A stretch of 34,695 nt of DNA, taken from the NCBI GenBank assembly GCA_031263945.1, contig JAISEW010000014.1:1-34695 (forward strand), written 5' to 3'. Within the stretch, counting starts at the first letter, position 1, and every line of letters begins with the position of its first letter. The notes beneath the pieces were generated by a model. It was not told where the DNA came from and made no database searches. It saw nothing but the letters and a program-made list of their open reading frames with translations. Below, one piece after another: positions 33,678-34,695 of the stretch. The DNA comes from Gracilibacteraceae bacterium. Lineage in GTDB: Bacteria; Bacillota; Desulfitobacteriia; Desulfitobacteriales; Syntrophobotulaceae. The position numbers were made by a program, and so were the translations under genes.

Positions 33678-34695
33678 ATGCCATTGAATAAAATCAGCGT
33701 TGCTAAGGGATTTCAGACCGCCGTCAACATCGCTTATGACTTAAATAACAATGACAAGGTGCGCGGGTTTATCCCTACGCAGTCGAGTCTTGATATAATT
33801 GAGGATGTGCTGCTCTCTACCGCCGCGAGCGCAACGACTCGCGCCCGTATACTGATTGGCGCGTATGGCAGAGGCAAGTCACACATAGTCCTCGTGCTTT
33901 TGGCGCTCTTGTTCGGCAGAGACAAAGGGCTATTTGCCGCGCTTTTGGAGAAAATGAAGAAGAACAATCCGCCGCTGTATGAGTTTGCGGTTGAGTATCT
34001 GGACAGTGGTCGTCAATTGTTGCCTGTGGTCGTGCGCGGAAGCAGCGCAAGCCTGTCCTCGTCATTTTTGAGCGCGTTGCAACTGACGCTGAATGATGAG
34101 GGCTTATCTGATGTTATGCCCGAAACGCACTTTCAAGCGGCAATCGCAACAATTGAGAGTTGGAAGAAGTCTTACCCTAACACCTACAAGCAGTTGATAA
34201 AGGATTTGCCTTGCTCAATCGGCGACTTCATGTTAGCACTCCGTGAATATGATGTTTTCGCTTATGAGCGATTTGAGAGTATCTACCCGCAATTAACGTC
34301 AGGCAGCGCGTTCAACCCGTTTCTCGGATTTAATATTGCCGAACTTTACGAGAGCGTTACAAAAGGTGTTAAGGCGCGAGGGTACGGTGGCATCATTGTC
34401 GTATATGATGAGTTCAGCAAGTATTTGGAATCAAGTATCGCCACCGCGTCTATCAGCGATATTAAGCTGCTACAGGACTTTGCGGAGAAATGTGACCGCA
34501 GCGGTGAACGGCAAATGCACCTACTTCTTATTTGTCATAAGGACATCGCCAACTACATTGACGGCGGTCTCCCGAAAGAAAAGGTGGACGGTTGGCGCGG
34601 CGTTTCAGGGCGATTTAAGCATATCAACCTCCACAACAACTACACGCAGATGTATGAGATTATTTCGGAGGTTGTAAAAAAAGACTATAAATTTT
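33678..34695 (+). CDS. P-loop ATPase, BrxC/PglY/SspC (DUF499)-like, 5' partial (continues beyond the window)
   Basis: Not in the supplied ORF track. I translated it by hand from the ATG at 33678 (GAGGTG 10 nt upstream) and it stays open for 339 codons to the window end. Walker A is IGAYGRGKSH and Walker B IIVVYDEFSKY. Confidence 0.8.
   Translation, partial: MPLNKISVAKGFQTAVNIAYDLNNNDKVRGFIPTQSSLDIIEDVLLSTAASATTRARILIGAYGRGKSHIVLVLLALLFGRDKGLFAALLEKMKKNNPPLYEFAVEYLDSGRQLLPVVVRGSSASLSSSFLSALQLTLNDEGLSDVMPETHFQAAIATIESWKKSYPNTYKQLIKDLPCSIGDFMLALREYDVFAYERFESIYPQLTSGSAFNPFLGFNIAELYESVTKGVKARGYGGIIVVYDEFSKYLESSIATASISDIKLLQDFAEKCDRSGERQMHLLLICHKDIANYIDGGLPKEKVDGWRGVSGRFKHINLHNNYTQMYEIISEVVKKDYKF

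Overview
This is a high-GC, Firmicutes/Clostridia-like chromosomal segment, judged from Gram-positive style RBSs, an HU plus YabO/RqcP pair, and an RND pump plus adaptor with no outer-membrane factor. Most of it is ordinary. It holds an SDR gene, argF-argG, HU, an S4-domain RqcP-like gene, an RND efflux pair, a GT4 glycosyltransferase with a TVP38 membrane protein, and a heterodimeric ABC exporter. Three parts stand out. (1) From about 28.8 kb to the window edge the DNA is visibly more AT-rich. A consensus promoter there precedes a five-gene operon: GIY-YIG nuclease, DGQHR/DndB-like ParB-fold protein, Zn-ribbon/PAPS-reductase (PP-loop)/2x[4Fe-4S] fusion, DUF4007-like protein, and a BrxC/DUF499-style P-loop ATPase. 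The ATPase ORF runs off the window and is missing from the supplied ORF track. The set looks like a DNA-modification defence system related to Ssp, Dnd and type-4 BREX, but in a combination I do not recognise as described. (2) An eight-gene minus-strand operon (4580-11718) encodes SDR, EtfB, EtfA, a fumarate-reductase-family flavoprotein, FixC, FixX and two membrane proteins. A LuxR-type regulator is transcribed divergently, which suggests an inducible ETF-fed reductase pathway with an unknown substrate. (3) A small lower-GC islet (about 0.9-4.0 kb) carries a Phd/RelE-type toxin-antitoxin pair, an XRE regulator, a CcbP-like acidic protein and clusters of REP-like GC hairpins. Several strong promoters, palindromes and short tandem repeats are listed. 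No tRNA, rRNA, CRISPR array or transposase/integrase gene was recognised. All family assignments come from motif reading by eye, not from searches.
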